A stretch of 64,000 nucleotides of DNA, from NCBI GenBank assembly GCA_000004985.1, contig GG738853.1. One strand, given 5' to 3'. The translations under genes and the position numbers were made by a program. The notes under the pieces are model-generated. The model was not told where the DNA came from and searched no databases. It worked only from the letters and a program-made list of their open reading frames with translations. Positions 54,972-64,000 of this stretch are shown here, one piece after another; position 1 is the stretch's first letter; each line of letters opens with the position of its first letter. Source of the stretch: Naegleria gruberi. Taxonomy: Eukaryota.

Positions 54972-55784
54972 ATGCTAATAAGCCAAAGGTATCGGAAAAT
55001 ATTCCATCACACAAACAAATTGATTGCCCAATCAAACAACATTCAATTTGACAATAAGAATCAATCATTTCAAGTTCACCACACAAATATTCATAATTTA
55101 AATAATTTAAATAAAAAAATGTCTCAAGATCATCAAGAAAAGACTACTAATTCTCATAATGAATTAATTGAAGTCTTTACAAGTGCTGGAGAACCAACAG
55201 GAAGAGGGGAACCAAGATCTAAAATTCATTCCGAAGGTATTTGGCATAATACTGTTCATACATGGGTGTTGGAAACAAGCACTGGCAAATTGTTGGTTCA
55301 GAGAAGATCACCAAACAAGTTAAATCATCCAAATCAATGGGATACTTCATCTGCTGGTCATATTTCTTTTGGACAATCTAGTGATGAAGCAAGTGTTAGA
55401 GAAATTGAAGAAGAATTGGGTATTTCTGATGTCACTATAGAAGAATTGGACAAGTTTGGTACCATTAGAGTACAATTGGTTTTGAATAATGGAACTTATT
55501 TGGATAATGAATTTATTGATGTTTATATTGTAAAGAGAGATCACATTGATTTAAACAAGTTGACTTTGCAAGTTGAAGAAGTTTGTGGAGCTGACCTAAT
55601 TCATTATCGTGTATTGGAAAGATGTTACGAATTGAAACATCCAGATTTTGTAAATTTACCAGATAGTGAGGAAACAAGAAGAAGATTTTTCACTTACATT
55701 GCTAAAGAGCTAGGAGAAGAAAATAGAGTTTATAGTGAAGAAGAAATTCAAGCACTATGGCCTGCATTTGTACCAAAATTGTAA
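54972..55784 (+). CDS. Nudix-fold protein related to type 1 isopentenyl-diphosphate isomerase (IDI-like). Alternative start at 55120.
   Basis: GKLLVQRRSPNKLNHPNQWDTSSAGHISFGQSSDEASVREIEEELGI aligns with E. coli IDI [26 protein letters not shown]...RRCRYELGV. The IDI catalytic Cys position is Ala here (SSAGH). The first 49 aa are basic and hydroxylated, like a presequence. Confidence 0.65.
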   Translation: MLISQRYRKIFHHTNKLIAQSNNIQFDNKNQSFQVHHTNIHNLNNLNKKMSQDHQEKTTNSHNELIEVFTSAGEPTGRGEPRSKIHSEGIWHNTVHTWVLETSTGKLLVQRRSPNKLNHPNQWDTSSAGHISFGQSSDEASVREIEEELGISDVTIEELDKFGTIRVQLVLNNGTYLDNEFIDVYIVKRDHIDLNKLTLQVEEVCGADLIHYRVLERCYELKHPDFVNLPDSEETRRRFFTYIAKELGEENRVYSEEEIQALWPAFVPKL

Positions 55785-56331
55785 ATGAAGATGTAACTCT
55801 GATAAAGAGATAATCAATTAATTTATTATAATTTTCTACTCGTTATGATTATATATCATTATTATTTGTGAACTAGTTGAATTATTATTCTATTTGATAA
55901 TTATTACAATAATAATGACAACCGATCAGTTTACCCATTAGACCTCTTAGAAACGATTCTTACCAATCGCCTGGAATTAGATATTTTCTAATTCATTTTC
56001 AATTTATTGAGAAACAGGATCGGTTATTGTTAGCAGAAAACTTTGAAATGCTCATCTCCTCTCTCTTGCAAAATTTCTTCTAAAAAAAATCATTTTAAAA
56101 CATTTAAAACACAATCTTCAACGCATTGGTGATATTATTATCCACTAAATATTTCAAAGAAAGGAGGATAAACGATATCCAATACAGAGGTTGTTCTGGT
56201 GATTGGGATTGCTTTGGGGTATATTTTCGCAAGAAGTTGGTTGCTAGGAGGATTTTAGAAGAAATTTTGCTTTCAATAGTAGGAATAATTTAATTATTTT
56301 GTCACCACAAGTACATTATTGAATAATTGTG

Positions 56332-57999
56332 ATGATGTTGGCGAATATGGAGGATTTTACTAACCATAATATTGTGGAAGAGGAAAATAGCCAATCTACA
56401 TTTAAACAACCTAGGTTACAATCCATCAGTGATCTCAAGTCGGAACCAAATTACTTGAATCATAAAGCAAATTCATTGTCCTGTATGGACCATACACCAA
56501 GTAGGAAAATATCTAGAAAATCGAGTATTGGAAGTCAGAGAACAAGTCAAGATAAAACTCCCATAAAACCTTCACCATCATCAAATCATAGAAGGTCTCA
56601 AAGTTTGGTCGTTGAGGAAAAGGATGATTTTATTGAGGAAATGAGAAGAAATTCAGAGGAATTCGACAAGATTTTCAATGAAATATTTACTTTGGATTTG
56701 GAAGATGAATTACATGGCAATTTTGATGATCATTTCCCAGCTGTTTACGTTCATAAGCCAATTAACAAAAAGAGAAAATGGTTAAAAAAATTATTAAGTT
56801 TTAAAACTAAACCAGTAATAGATGATAAATACCATTTACAGAAATCTTCATCTATGGAGGCTTTCCACAACCACATTAATGTAAATAATAGTACAATACG
56901 TAGAGAATCATTTGATGTATTGCCACAGGTTGGCAATGAAAAGAATATTTTCATTATGCGTAACCCTAATAAGGAAAAGGCTTTAATAGTCGATCCAGTT
57001 GCTAATTATTTTGAACAAGATTTTACAACACATAGTAATGAAATTTCTCAAGATGAAGAATCAATCATTGAGTTGGGAGAAAAACCATTCTACCACCCAG
57101 TAACACCAACCAAAGAGGATCAAGACACAATCAAATCACACAGTATGAAAATGGAATTGGAACATTTTTATGATAGAAAGAATGGCCAAATTTTAGGAAT
57201 AGGAATGCCTTTTGTTATTGTTAAAGAGATGGGAACCAACAATATTTGTCTAGGATTGCAAGGCCCAAAGAGAATGGACTCATCAGTTATTATTGATTCA
57301 TTACTCTTTGTACTTGGATCATTCATCTTTCCACCACTCTTATTAATTGCCATTCCATTTGCTCTCTACAGGATTTATGCATACTACAAGAAGAAGCGAA
57401 GAGAGCAAAGTCTGACCAGATATCTGGTATTTGATCATCATACATGTAAAATTGAGAAACGTCTCTACACTAGTGGTAATAGAACGATCTGTTACAAGGG
57501 TATTATTCCAAAAGAGGCTGATATTTCTAGCCCAGTACCAAATCAAGTAACCTACTATCATGAATCATCACCAGATAATACCCTAGTGTACAGAAATATT
57601 CACATTGGCAAATTGCCTCACACTGATGAAAAGATTGATTTTATTGACTTTAATGACATTAGCAGCTTTGACATTGAAAAGGAAGGAAGTGGAAATGAAT
57701 TCGATGAATTATATTTTGTTTGTTGTGTCTTACAGAATGGAAAGAGAATCAGATTGAATAATGAAGAAACCAATTCCATAGATATTAGTTTCAGAAAAGT
57801 CAGACAACTCAAAGCAGCACTCGAGAAGAGTAAAGTAGCTGCCAAGACGAATTTGCTTTCTCGAGGAAAACAAAGTAGCAAGAGAAAGACTACCAACAGC
57901 ATGTCCATGAGAAATTTAGATAAATTATTAGATGAGGAACCAATTGAGGATGCATACCCAACACTAAGAAGATCCATTAGTTGGACCGCTGCCAACTAA
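56332..57999 (+). CDS. Hypothetical protein with one internal TM segment (555 aa).
   Basis: A long ORF whose first ATG is 3 nt inside the GTG-initiated track ORF. TM helix: SLLFVLGSFIFPPLLLIAIPFALYRIY. I recognise no domain. Confidence 0.45.
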   Translation: MMLANMEDFTNHNIVEEENSQSTFKQPRLQSISDLKSEPNYLNHKANSLSCMDHTPSRKISRKSSIGSQRTSQDKTPIKPSPSSNHRRSQSLVVEEKDDFIEEMRRNSEEFDKIFNEIFTLDLEDELHGNFDDHFPAVYVHKPINKKRKWLKKLLSFKTKPVIDDKYHLQKSSSMEAFHNHINVNNSTIRRESFDVLPQVGNEKNIFIMRNPNKEKALIVDPVANYFEQDFTTHSNEISQDEESIIELGEKPFYHPVTPTKEDQDTIKSHSMKMELEHFYDRKNGQILGIGMPFVIVKEMGTNNICLGLQGPKRMDSSVIIDSLLFVLGSFIFPPLLLIAIPFALYRIYAYYKKKRREQSLTRYLVFDHHTCKIEKRLYTSGNRTICYKGIIPKEADISSPVPNQVTYYHESSPDNTLVYRNIHIGKLPHTDEKIDFIDFNDISSFDIEKEGSGNEFDELYFVCCVLQNGKRIRLNNEETNSIDISFRKVRQLKAALEKSKVAAKTNLLSRGKQSSKRKTTNSMSMRNLDKLLDEEPIEDAYPTLRRSISWTAAN

Positions 58000-58015
58000 A
58001 TTAGTAACTTAAAAA

Positions 58016-58666
58016 ATGTCTGAAAAGGAGTACATTTTCATCACGATAGATATTGTCAGAGATTTTGTTTGTGAGGAGGGAATCTTCTGCAAAGCTTTTG
58101 GATATGATGATGTGAGTAATATCATCAATGTAAAGGAAAAGGTGTTGGAGTGCTTGAATTATGTCAAGGATCAAGCTTCCGAAAACATTACAGTTCATCA
58201 CTCTATCTGTTGCCAATCTGTGTATAAACACAAACAATTCAAATCAGCTGGATTGGAAGATTTGTGTGTAACAGAGCAAGGACAAGAATGCATCATTCCC
58301 GATGATTGTTTTGATTATAGAGTAGTCAAGACAACTAATTCTATATTGGATTTGATCAAATGTGAGACAATTGTCAGCACTACTGATGATGATTCAAAGC
58401 AAATTCTAACTCCAAAGGATGCATTCATCAAACTCCTTTCTCAATATAAGCATAGAAAGAACTTGTTCATTATTCTGTTGGGCGTCACAACGAATTCATG
58501 TGTAAAGACCTCTGCTCTCAATATGACCGAAATGGGATTCAATGTTATCATTCCATTGGATTGTGTTGCCTGTAGAAAATCAACAGAACCATCAGCAACT
58601 AGTTTTCTGAAGAAAACACCATCTGTTGCTACTGTTTCATCATGGACCGATTTATTTTCTAATTAG
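58016..58666 (+). CDS. Isochorismatase-like (cysteine hydrolase / nicotinamidase family) protein.
   Basis: ITIDIVRDF (Asp motif) and FIILLGVTTNSCVKTSALNMTEMGFNVIIPLDCVA match the isochorismatase-family core G.ATN.CV...G..V.VV.DA. Confidence 0.65.
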   Translation: MSEKEYIFITIDIVRDFVCEEGIFCKAFGYDDVSNIINVKEKVLECLNYVKDQASENITVHHSICCQSVYKHKQFKSAGLEDLCVTEQGQECIIPDDCFDYRVVKTTNSILDLIKCETIVSTTDDDSKQILTPKDAFIKLLSQYKHRKNLFIILLGVTTNSCVKTSALNMTEMGFNVIIPLDCVACRKSTEPSATSFLKKTPSVATVSSWTDLFSN

Positions 58667-58814
58667 AAAAATTGAATGCAATTCCTAGGTTGACCTTGTG
58701 CATTTGTGAATGTGAATAAATCGATTTTGCATGCAAATAATAATTAAATTGATATTTAAATAAAAACAATAGAGTAATGATTAAATAAATTTAAAGATTT
58801 TGAAATTCAAAAAA

Positions 58815-59936
58815 ATGTCTGAAAGCAACAACCATAGTGAACCTTCATCATCATCATCATCTGATAATTCCAATGCAAACAATAACAACCAAAAACAACA
58901 AACTTCGGATCAAGATTGGGACACTATTCGTTCCATGACCATTGAAATGAAACCAATAGGTATCTTTCACTCTTGTTATAAATTCAAGAATGCCACACCA
59001 AGACAAGGAGCCTTGGCACCAATCGGAAGAGGACGTCTCAAGATTCAATCACCTCTATTTGCCATGAACAATCAACATCACTCTCTGATGGGAATTGAAC
59101 AATTTTCTCATGTTTGGCTTGTTTATTATTTCCATGATAATAATAATATGGAGAAATTAAATACAATTCATCAGAACAATACTACTAACAATACTACAAA
59201 CGATAGTAATAGTGATAATAATAATAATAATAGTCAGAACAATAATAATAACAGTGAAGAAGAACAAGGCTTGATTCGTCCACAAGTTAAACCACCCCGA
59301 TTGAATGGAAAGAAGGTTGGATTGTTTTCTGTTCGTTCTCCTCATCGTCCTAATCCAATTGGCCTAACATTGGCCACTATTGAACAAGTTGATTTGAAAA
59401 AGGGTGAATTATTATTGAGTGGAGTGGATTTAATTGATGGAACACCAGTTCTAGATATTAAACCATATATTTCAAGATATGATTCAGTATTTGGTGGTGT
59501 TGATATTTATGGAAGAAAGGCAACTGGATATGAAAACAATGATGAGAAGAAGGTTGAATATAAAGAACCTGAATGGATTGATTTGGATCCAGTTGTGGGA
59601 CATATTAATAGTGTAGAATTTACTGAGGAAGCAATTACTCAAATTAAAGAATGTTCAATCGAATTGGATATTGAAAAACAATTTGGATATAAGAATTGGA
59701 TAGATGTTAGAGAGGCCATTGAACAAATGCTCATTCTTGACCCAAGAAGTATCTATAGAAGAAAGAAGTGTGAAGATAAGGTCTATTGGTTCCACTTTGA
59801 TGATTTGAATCTGAGTACAACAATTAAAACAGAGGGTGATAAGACTGTTGCTACAGTTTTCAAATGCGAGATTTGGAGTAAGATTGTAGCATCACTGACA
59901 GAGGAAGAAAAGAGGATTCACCACATCACCAAATAG
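58815..59936 (+). CDS. tRNA (adenine37-N6)-methyltransferase TrmO/TsaA (YaeB family) with an N/S-rich insertion and a C-terminal extension.
   Basis: IGIFHSCYKFKNATPRQ ... SHVWLVYYFH ... PPRLNGKKVGLFSVRSPHRPNPIGLTLATIEQVDLKKGELLLSGVDLIDGTPVLDIKPY is the TsaA-like core. A ~50-aa N-rich low-complexity insert lies between the two halves. Confidence 0.7.
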   Translation: MSESNNHSEPSSSSSSDNSNANNNNQKQQTSDQDWDTIRSMTIEMKPIGIFHSCYKFKNATPRQGALAPIGRGRLKIQSPLFAMNNQHHSLMGIEQFSHVWLVYYFHDNNNMEKLNTIHQNNTTNNTTNDSNSDNNNNNSQNNNNNSEEEQGLIRPQVKPPRLNGKKVGLFSVRSPHRPNPIGLTLATIEQVDLKKGELLLSGVDLIDGTPVLDIKPYISRYDSVFGGVDIYGRKATGYENNDEKKVEYKEPEWIDLDPVVGHINSVEFTEEAITQIKECSIELDIEKQFGYKNWIDVREAIEQMLILDPRSIYRRKKCEDKVYWFHFDDLNLSTTIKTEGDKTVATVFKCEIWSKIVASLTEEEKRIHHITK

Positions 59937-60121
59937 TTATTCGATACTCCTCGTTGTAATCAAAGATCGTGCATTCCTGATTTACATTCTCTAGTACTAT
60001 TTAAATTGAAAGCTTCAGTATTAGTACATCATAACACCTCAATGCATCTCATCTCCCAAATCTTTCGTTTAAGTTATTGCTTTCACTCTTCCATCTCTGC
60101 TTATTAGCAAATTACAAAAAA

Positions 60122-61470
60122 ATGGTTGGTTTCCTACATAGCTCTGGAAATAATGGAGATGATCTTCAGGAACCTAAATCACCAACCCGAACCAATTCAA
60201 ATGCCAGCAACAATGCTCAAACACAGAGGAAGAAGTCGACTTTTCTTTCTCCTACTCAAGTAGCAACCAGTTTGGCAGATATGAGCGAAGGAAAGAGAAG
60301 AAGTAGTCTTGTTCCAGAAACTCCAGAAAGTAATAAATTGAGAATTGTATTGATAGGAGGTGGTGGTAAGTTATGCATTAGAATTATCGAATAACACATT
60401 GTATTTCTTCAAGGTTCCGGAAAGACAACCCTCTTTAAACAGAGAAAACTTGTGTTAGGGGGCGGTTTTAGTGGTAAGTTTTAATGAGAGATGAGAACCA
60501 TCTAAATTGCATTTCATCACTACACTTCAGAGAGAGAATATGAACAAGCAAGACTCATTGTTCATACAGAGCTTCTTCATGTCATGTACAGTTTGGCATA
60601 TGAATTGTATAATGGCGATTTTGTGTCAAATGAAAATGTAAAACAAATAGCTCACGATTTCTTGAAGATAGTATCGGAGAAGTGTAATCATAACGAACAT
60701 GCTCTCATCAATTGTATTGAGCATATTATTGAAAAATCTCAACTTTGGAAAACATTCTTTACGAAGGAAATATTCAAGCAAGTTATGGAATTTAATCCGA
60801 AATTTTCATCACTTTTTAATTTTTCTGTGGATCCTTACTTTTCAGAATATGATAGAGTAATGCATATGGATTTCAAACCTCTCGAAAAAGATCATATAGT
60901 ATTTCAGAAAAAGACAACAGGTATTGTCGAGTCAAGTTTCGAATATATGAATTCTTTCATTGTTCATCTGTAAGTAACTCATTCTATTAGAATTCAACTA
61001 GATCTATTACCTTTAGATTCGACTCTGGAGGACAAAGAAATGAACGTAAAAAGTGGCCAAACATGTTCTCTCAACCAGTTGATAGCGTTTGGTTTGTTGG
61101 TTCTCTATCCGATTTCACCAAGATGTGTTACGAAAACAATACTCTTAATCGTTTCGAGGACTCCCTGGCAGTATTCAGTGATTGGATTGATTCTAATACT
61201 ACAAAGAATATTAGAGATTTTAGACTTATTCTAACTCATGCTGATGAGCTTGAAGAAATGCATATTAGCCCAGAAACTATCTCATTCCTCAAGTCAAATC
61301 TTATTCCACACGGAAATGCCAAGGAGATTATCGATGGCATCACTGCCAAGTATCAACTCTTAGATAAGAATAACAGGTTGACCCAAGTTTCTGTGATTAA
61401 TTGTACTGATACAGAACAAATTAGAGACTATTTAACCACAACTCTAAATAGTATTATTGATGGCAGATAA
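60122..61470 (+). CDS. Divergent heterotrimeric G-protein alpha-subunit-like GTPase; four exons 60122..60365, 60414..60473, 60531..60969 and 61017..61470.
   Basis: The splice junctions were verified against ORF anchors (introns 48, 57 and 47 nt, all GTAAGT..AG). Exon lengths sum to 1197 nt (398 aa). It has the P-loop IGGGGSGKTTLFKQ, switch I FQKKTTGIVES, switch II FDSGGQRNERKKW, and INCTDTE in place of TCATDT. It aligns to G-alpha across the helical and Ras-like domains. Confidence 0.75.
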
Positions 61471-61553
61471 ACCATCAATCTATATTGTCCAAATTTGTGT
61501 GAAGATTAGTTCACATTTTATCTGTATTATAATTTTGTGAGAGTAATTTACAA

Positions 61554-63005
61554 TTATTTCTTATCCATTTCCTTCTTGAGGATTGGACAACATTTCTCAA
61601 TAAAGAATTTTGTGTTAAATGTTGTAGATTCGTATAATTCAAACCGAGAAAGTCCATCATCAGATTGAATTAAATGTTTGGAACAAAATTCCATAATCTT
61701 TTTCTGTATCTTCTTACTTGTTGATGGTTGATCCTCGTTAATCTTATCATAAATTGATACAAGCAATAAGAATGCCTTCTTTTCTTCATGATTCCTTATT
61801 GGTTTATCCCCTTCAATCATTTGCAAAACAAGAAATTCCCTAATTAGTTAAAATTTAAGAATAAAAATTTCTCTGTAGTGATATTTGTTTGCTACTTACA
61901 GTGTCTTCTTATAGATTGTAAGGGATTTAATCTTCTTAATCTCTCTTGTATTGAAGAATAATTCTCTATAAAATAAGAATGCTTCTTCTTCCTTTCTTTT
62001 AACACTTTTTGGAATTTTGGCAAGTTTTTCACCATTCTTTGATGATATTCTTCTAAACATTGACATGTCGTTCATGATACACCATTGCCAAGTTTTCAAA
62101 TAATCAACGCTCAGTATCAGGTTGAGTAAACTGACAAGTTGATAATATCTCTTATGAAGGAGTGCTTGTTTCTTTTCCAGAGATTCGTCCTGAAGTACTG
62201 GAAGCGCTGATCGTGGGCTCAGTACCCCTTGTTTCAATCTCTTAAAATTGAAATGTTGTTCACCTAGAAGAAACACATCAGGATTCTCCACAACAGGTGA
62301 AGTTGGAAATACAGTTCCTTCCACCAGTGACGTTGGTGAAACAATCTTCTTCTTTGCCTTCTTACACACTTTTATAAACTCTTCACACTGCCTAGAGTAT
62401 TGCAACATTAATGGAACAGCAATCTGAGTACTATGTTTACAAAAATCATGTAAATCAATCACTTTTAAAACATTATTTTGAAACAGCTTGTCAAACATTT
62501 CACTTGAAAACAACAAGGATTCCTCCTCTGATGTCTCTGCACTCTGTGTAATCTGTGCAATGGTTTTATAATTAAATATAAACGATAGCATGGCATCTCC
62601 TCGTCCAATATTCCTCCTATAAATTAAATCCAATGAATAGTCTTCATATTCCCTCGAGAGTGGTAAAATACATTTCAATAGAGTTTCATCATCAATAAAA
62701 TTCTCCATCATGTAATGAACAACCTCTCTCGGAATCAATCGAAATTGTCTATAATTATTCTTGATAATAATTAAATCAATTGAATCAAAATTAGGATTCT
62801 GATGACATTCTGTATCCATCGATCCAGCATCTGAATACGCTGACTGATCAACAATTCCTCCTCCTCCCAATAACAACGCACCACCACCATTATTACTATT
62901 ATTATTAGTACCACCAACAATATCCGAGGATGAATCAAAGACTTTGGCAAATGAAACATCATTCTCCTTGTTGTTGCCTGGCGAAAAGATCATTTTTTTT
63001 TTCAA
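61554..63005 (-). CDS. Hypothetical protein (~463 aa); exons complement(61900..63005) and complement(61554..61839), with a 60-nt intron.
   Basis: The ORF 61896..63005 ends ...IYKKT at a GTAAGT donor. After the 60-nt intron (...AACTAATTAG) the frame continues LEFLVLQMIEGDKPIRNHEEKKAFLLL... into ORF 61554..61826. It has a Gly/Asn-rich N-terminus. I recognise no domain. Confidence 0.5.
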
Positions 63006-63201
63006 AGTACCAAGTTCATAATTTTTGCGTGATGATTTTTGATGATTTTTCTGTTTTTATGAAAAAATTTGTAACAATGGATGAAAATTGTAAACATTTA
63101 AGAAGTTGTTGTAAAGTGGAAAGTTAAACGTTGGTTCATTAGAATGCATTCGTGTTGAGTGGTTGTTTATTATTAGTTCAACAAACTTTACAAAAAAAAA
63201 A

Positions 63202-63692
63202 ATGGGTAATTTATTTAGTGTTAATCCACCTGCTACTGAGGCACCATCTATACAGCAGGGAAATAGTTCTCATTCAAATTGTATCAATGAACGCATCATC
63301 AACATTCCAGAACATGCAATTACAGTTTCTAGATCTATTTCATTAATTAACTCAATTGGTAGTAAGAATGCATTCCATAGAGAAACACTTCCTGATCTTC
63401 GAGAATTATTCACGAATTGCCTGAAGAAGTTTTAATGATTGAAATCTTTTCCTTTTTACCACTTTCAGAGTTACCTAAATTATTGGTTCTTTCCAAAGAT
63501 TTCGAAAAGAAATTGAAACAACAGGATGAATTATTCTCTCGTTACTTTTTGCAAGCAAGAATTATCAATGAAAGAACATCAAAAAGAATGACCACTTACA
63601 ATGAATTGAAATTGGTAATTGAACAAGAACTCACATTGAAACAAATGACAGAACGTATATCAAGAATGAAAGAATGTAATAAGGTGTTTTAG
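63202..63692 (+). CDS. F-box-like protein; 5' structure unresolved. An N-terminal ORF MGNLFSVN... (63202..63435) and an F-box ORF (63417..63692) sit in different frames.
   Basis: The second ORF carries an F-box (LPEEVLMIEIFSFLPLSELPKLLVLSKDF). The first starts MGNLFS (myristoylation-type) in aaaaaaaaaaATG context. The two frames are offset by +2, and I found no canonical intron to join them. Confidence 0.3.
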
Positions 63693-64000
63693 TTAAAATT
63701 GAATCATAGAAAAGAACATTGTAGATCTTATCTATTGAAAATTAAGTGCACACCATAAATGGTCAGTCATACTTTCGAATTGCTTTTAGTCAAAAGTTTC
63801 TAAAAAAGAATAAATTGTCAGCATACTCGCTTTATGGAAGGACCTTGTTATTCTTTCAACAAGAAAAACCAAACAACAACTTCTCTCATAATCTTCCTCT
63901 CTGGTTGCCTGCCTCTACACTTTCGAATAGTTTCCTCCACAATTTTCAAACATAAAGAAAGTTCTCTAACACACAACTTTCATCACACTAAAAGAATAAT

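Noticed and set aside
1-64000. CRISPR arrays, prokaryotic operons and phage/defence islands.
   Set aside because: The window is eukaryotic: spliceosomal introns, Pol III genes, actin, proteasome and spliceosome genes. No direct-repeat/spacer arrays or Shine-Dalgarno-led operons are present.

Overview
This 64-kb window is gene-dense, AT-rich nuclear DNA from a unicellular eukaryote. Spliceosomal introns begin GTAAGT/GTGAGT/GTATGT and end in AG; many are only 40-60 nt. Translation starts sit in A-rich context, and proteins carry poly-N/Q tracts. An intronless actin gene is present, together with many F-box/LRR and TKL-type receptor kinase genes. Together these are most consistent with an amoebozoan-like protist, but the organism cannot be named from sequence alone. 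The provided ORF track calls GTG/TTG starts, so the starts given here were moved to the first in-frame ATG.

I recognise about 45 protein genes. Housekeeping genes include a cytosolic prolyl-tRNA synthetase, SF3A1/Prp21, calcineurin B, the 26S proteasome subunit RPN2/PSMD1, actin, a GIGYF-type GYF protein, an importin-alpha-like protein and the NatC subunit Mak10. Enzyme genes include a bacterial GalU-type UDP-glucose pyrophosphorylase, an EEP nuclease/phosphatase, an AlkB-like dioxygenase, DJ-1/PfpI, an IDI-like Nudix protein, an isochorismatase-like hydrolase, TrmO/TsaA and an Acr2-type rhodanese. Two single-pass receptor kinases, a divergent G-alpha-like GTPase and several F-box genes are also present.

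RNA genes are two near-identical 5S rRNA genes in inverted orientation about 22 kb apart (11393..11510 on the minus strand, 33851..33968 on the plus strand) and two tRNA-Ser genes (anticodons AGA and TGA). All four Pol III genes carry a CCTTAAT(A/T) box about 20 nt upstream and a T-run terminator.

No mobile elements, CRISPR arrays or clearly foreign island were found. The most interesting items are:
- a degenerate G-alpha-like gene whose NKxD and Arg-finger motifs are altered;
- two receptor kinases with unusual ectodomains (Pmp-type beta-helix; NHL propeller plus EGF);
- the Pol III upstream element shared by the 5S and tRNA genes;
- a class of roughly 45-nt introns;
- several genes with bacterial affinities (GalU-type UGPase, an IDI-like protein lacking the catalytic Cys, TrmO, isochorismatase).

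All coordinates outside the ORF track were derived by counting from ORF anchors and should be taken as +/-2 nt.
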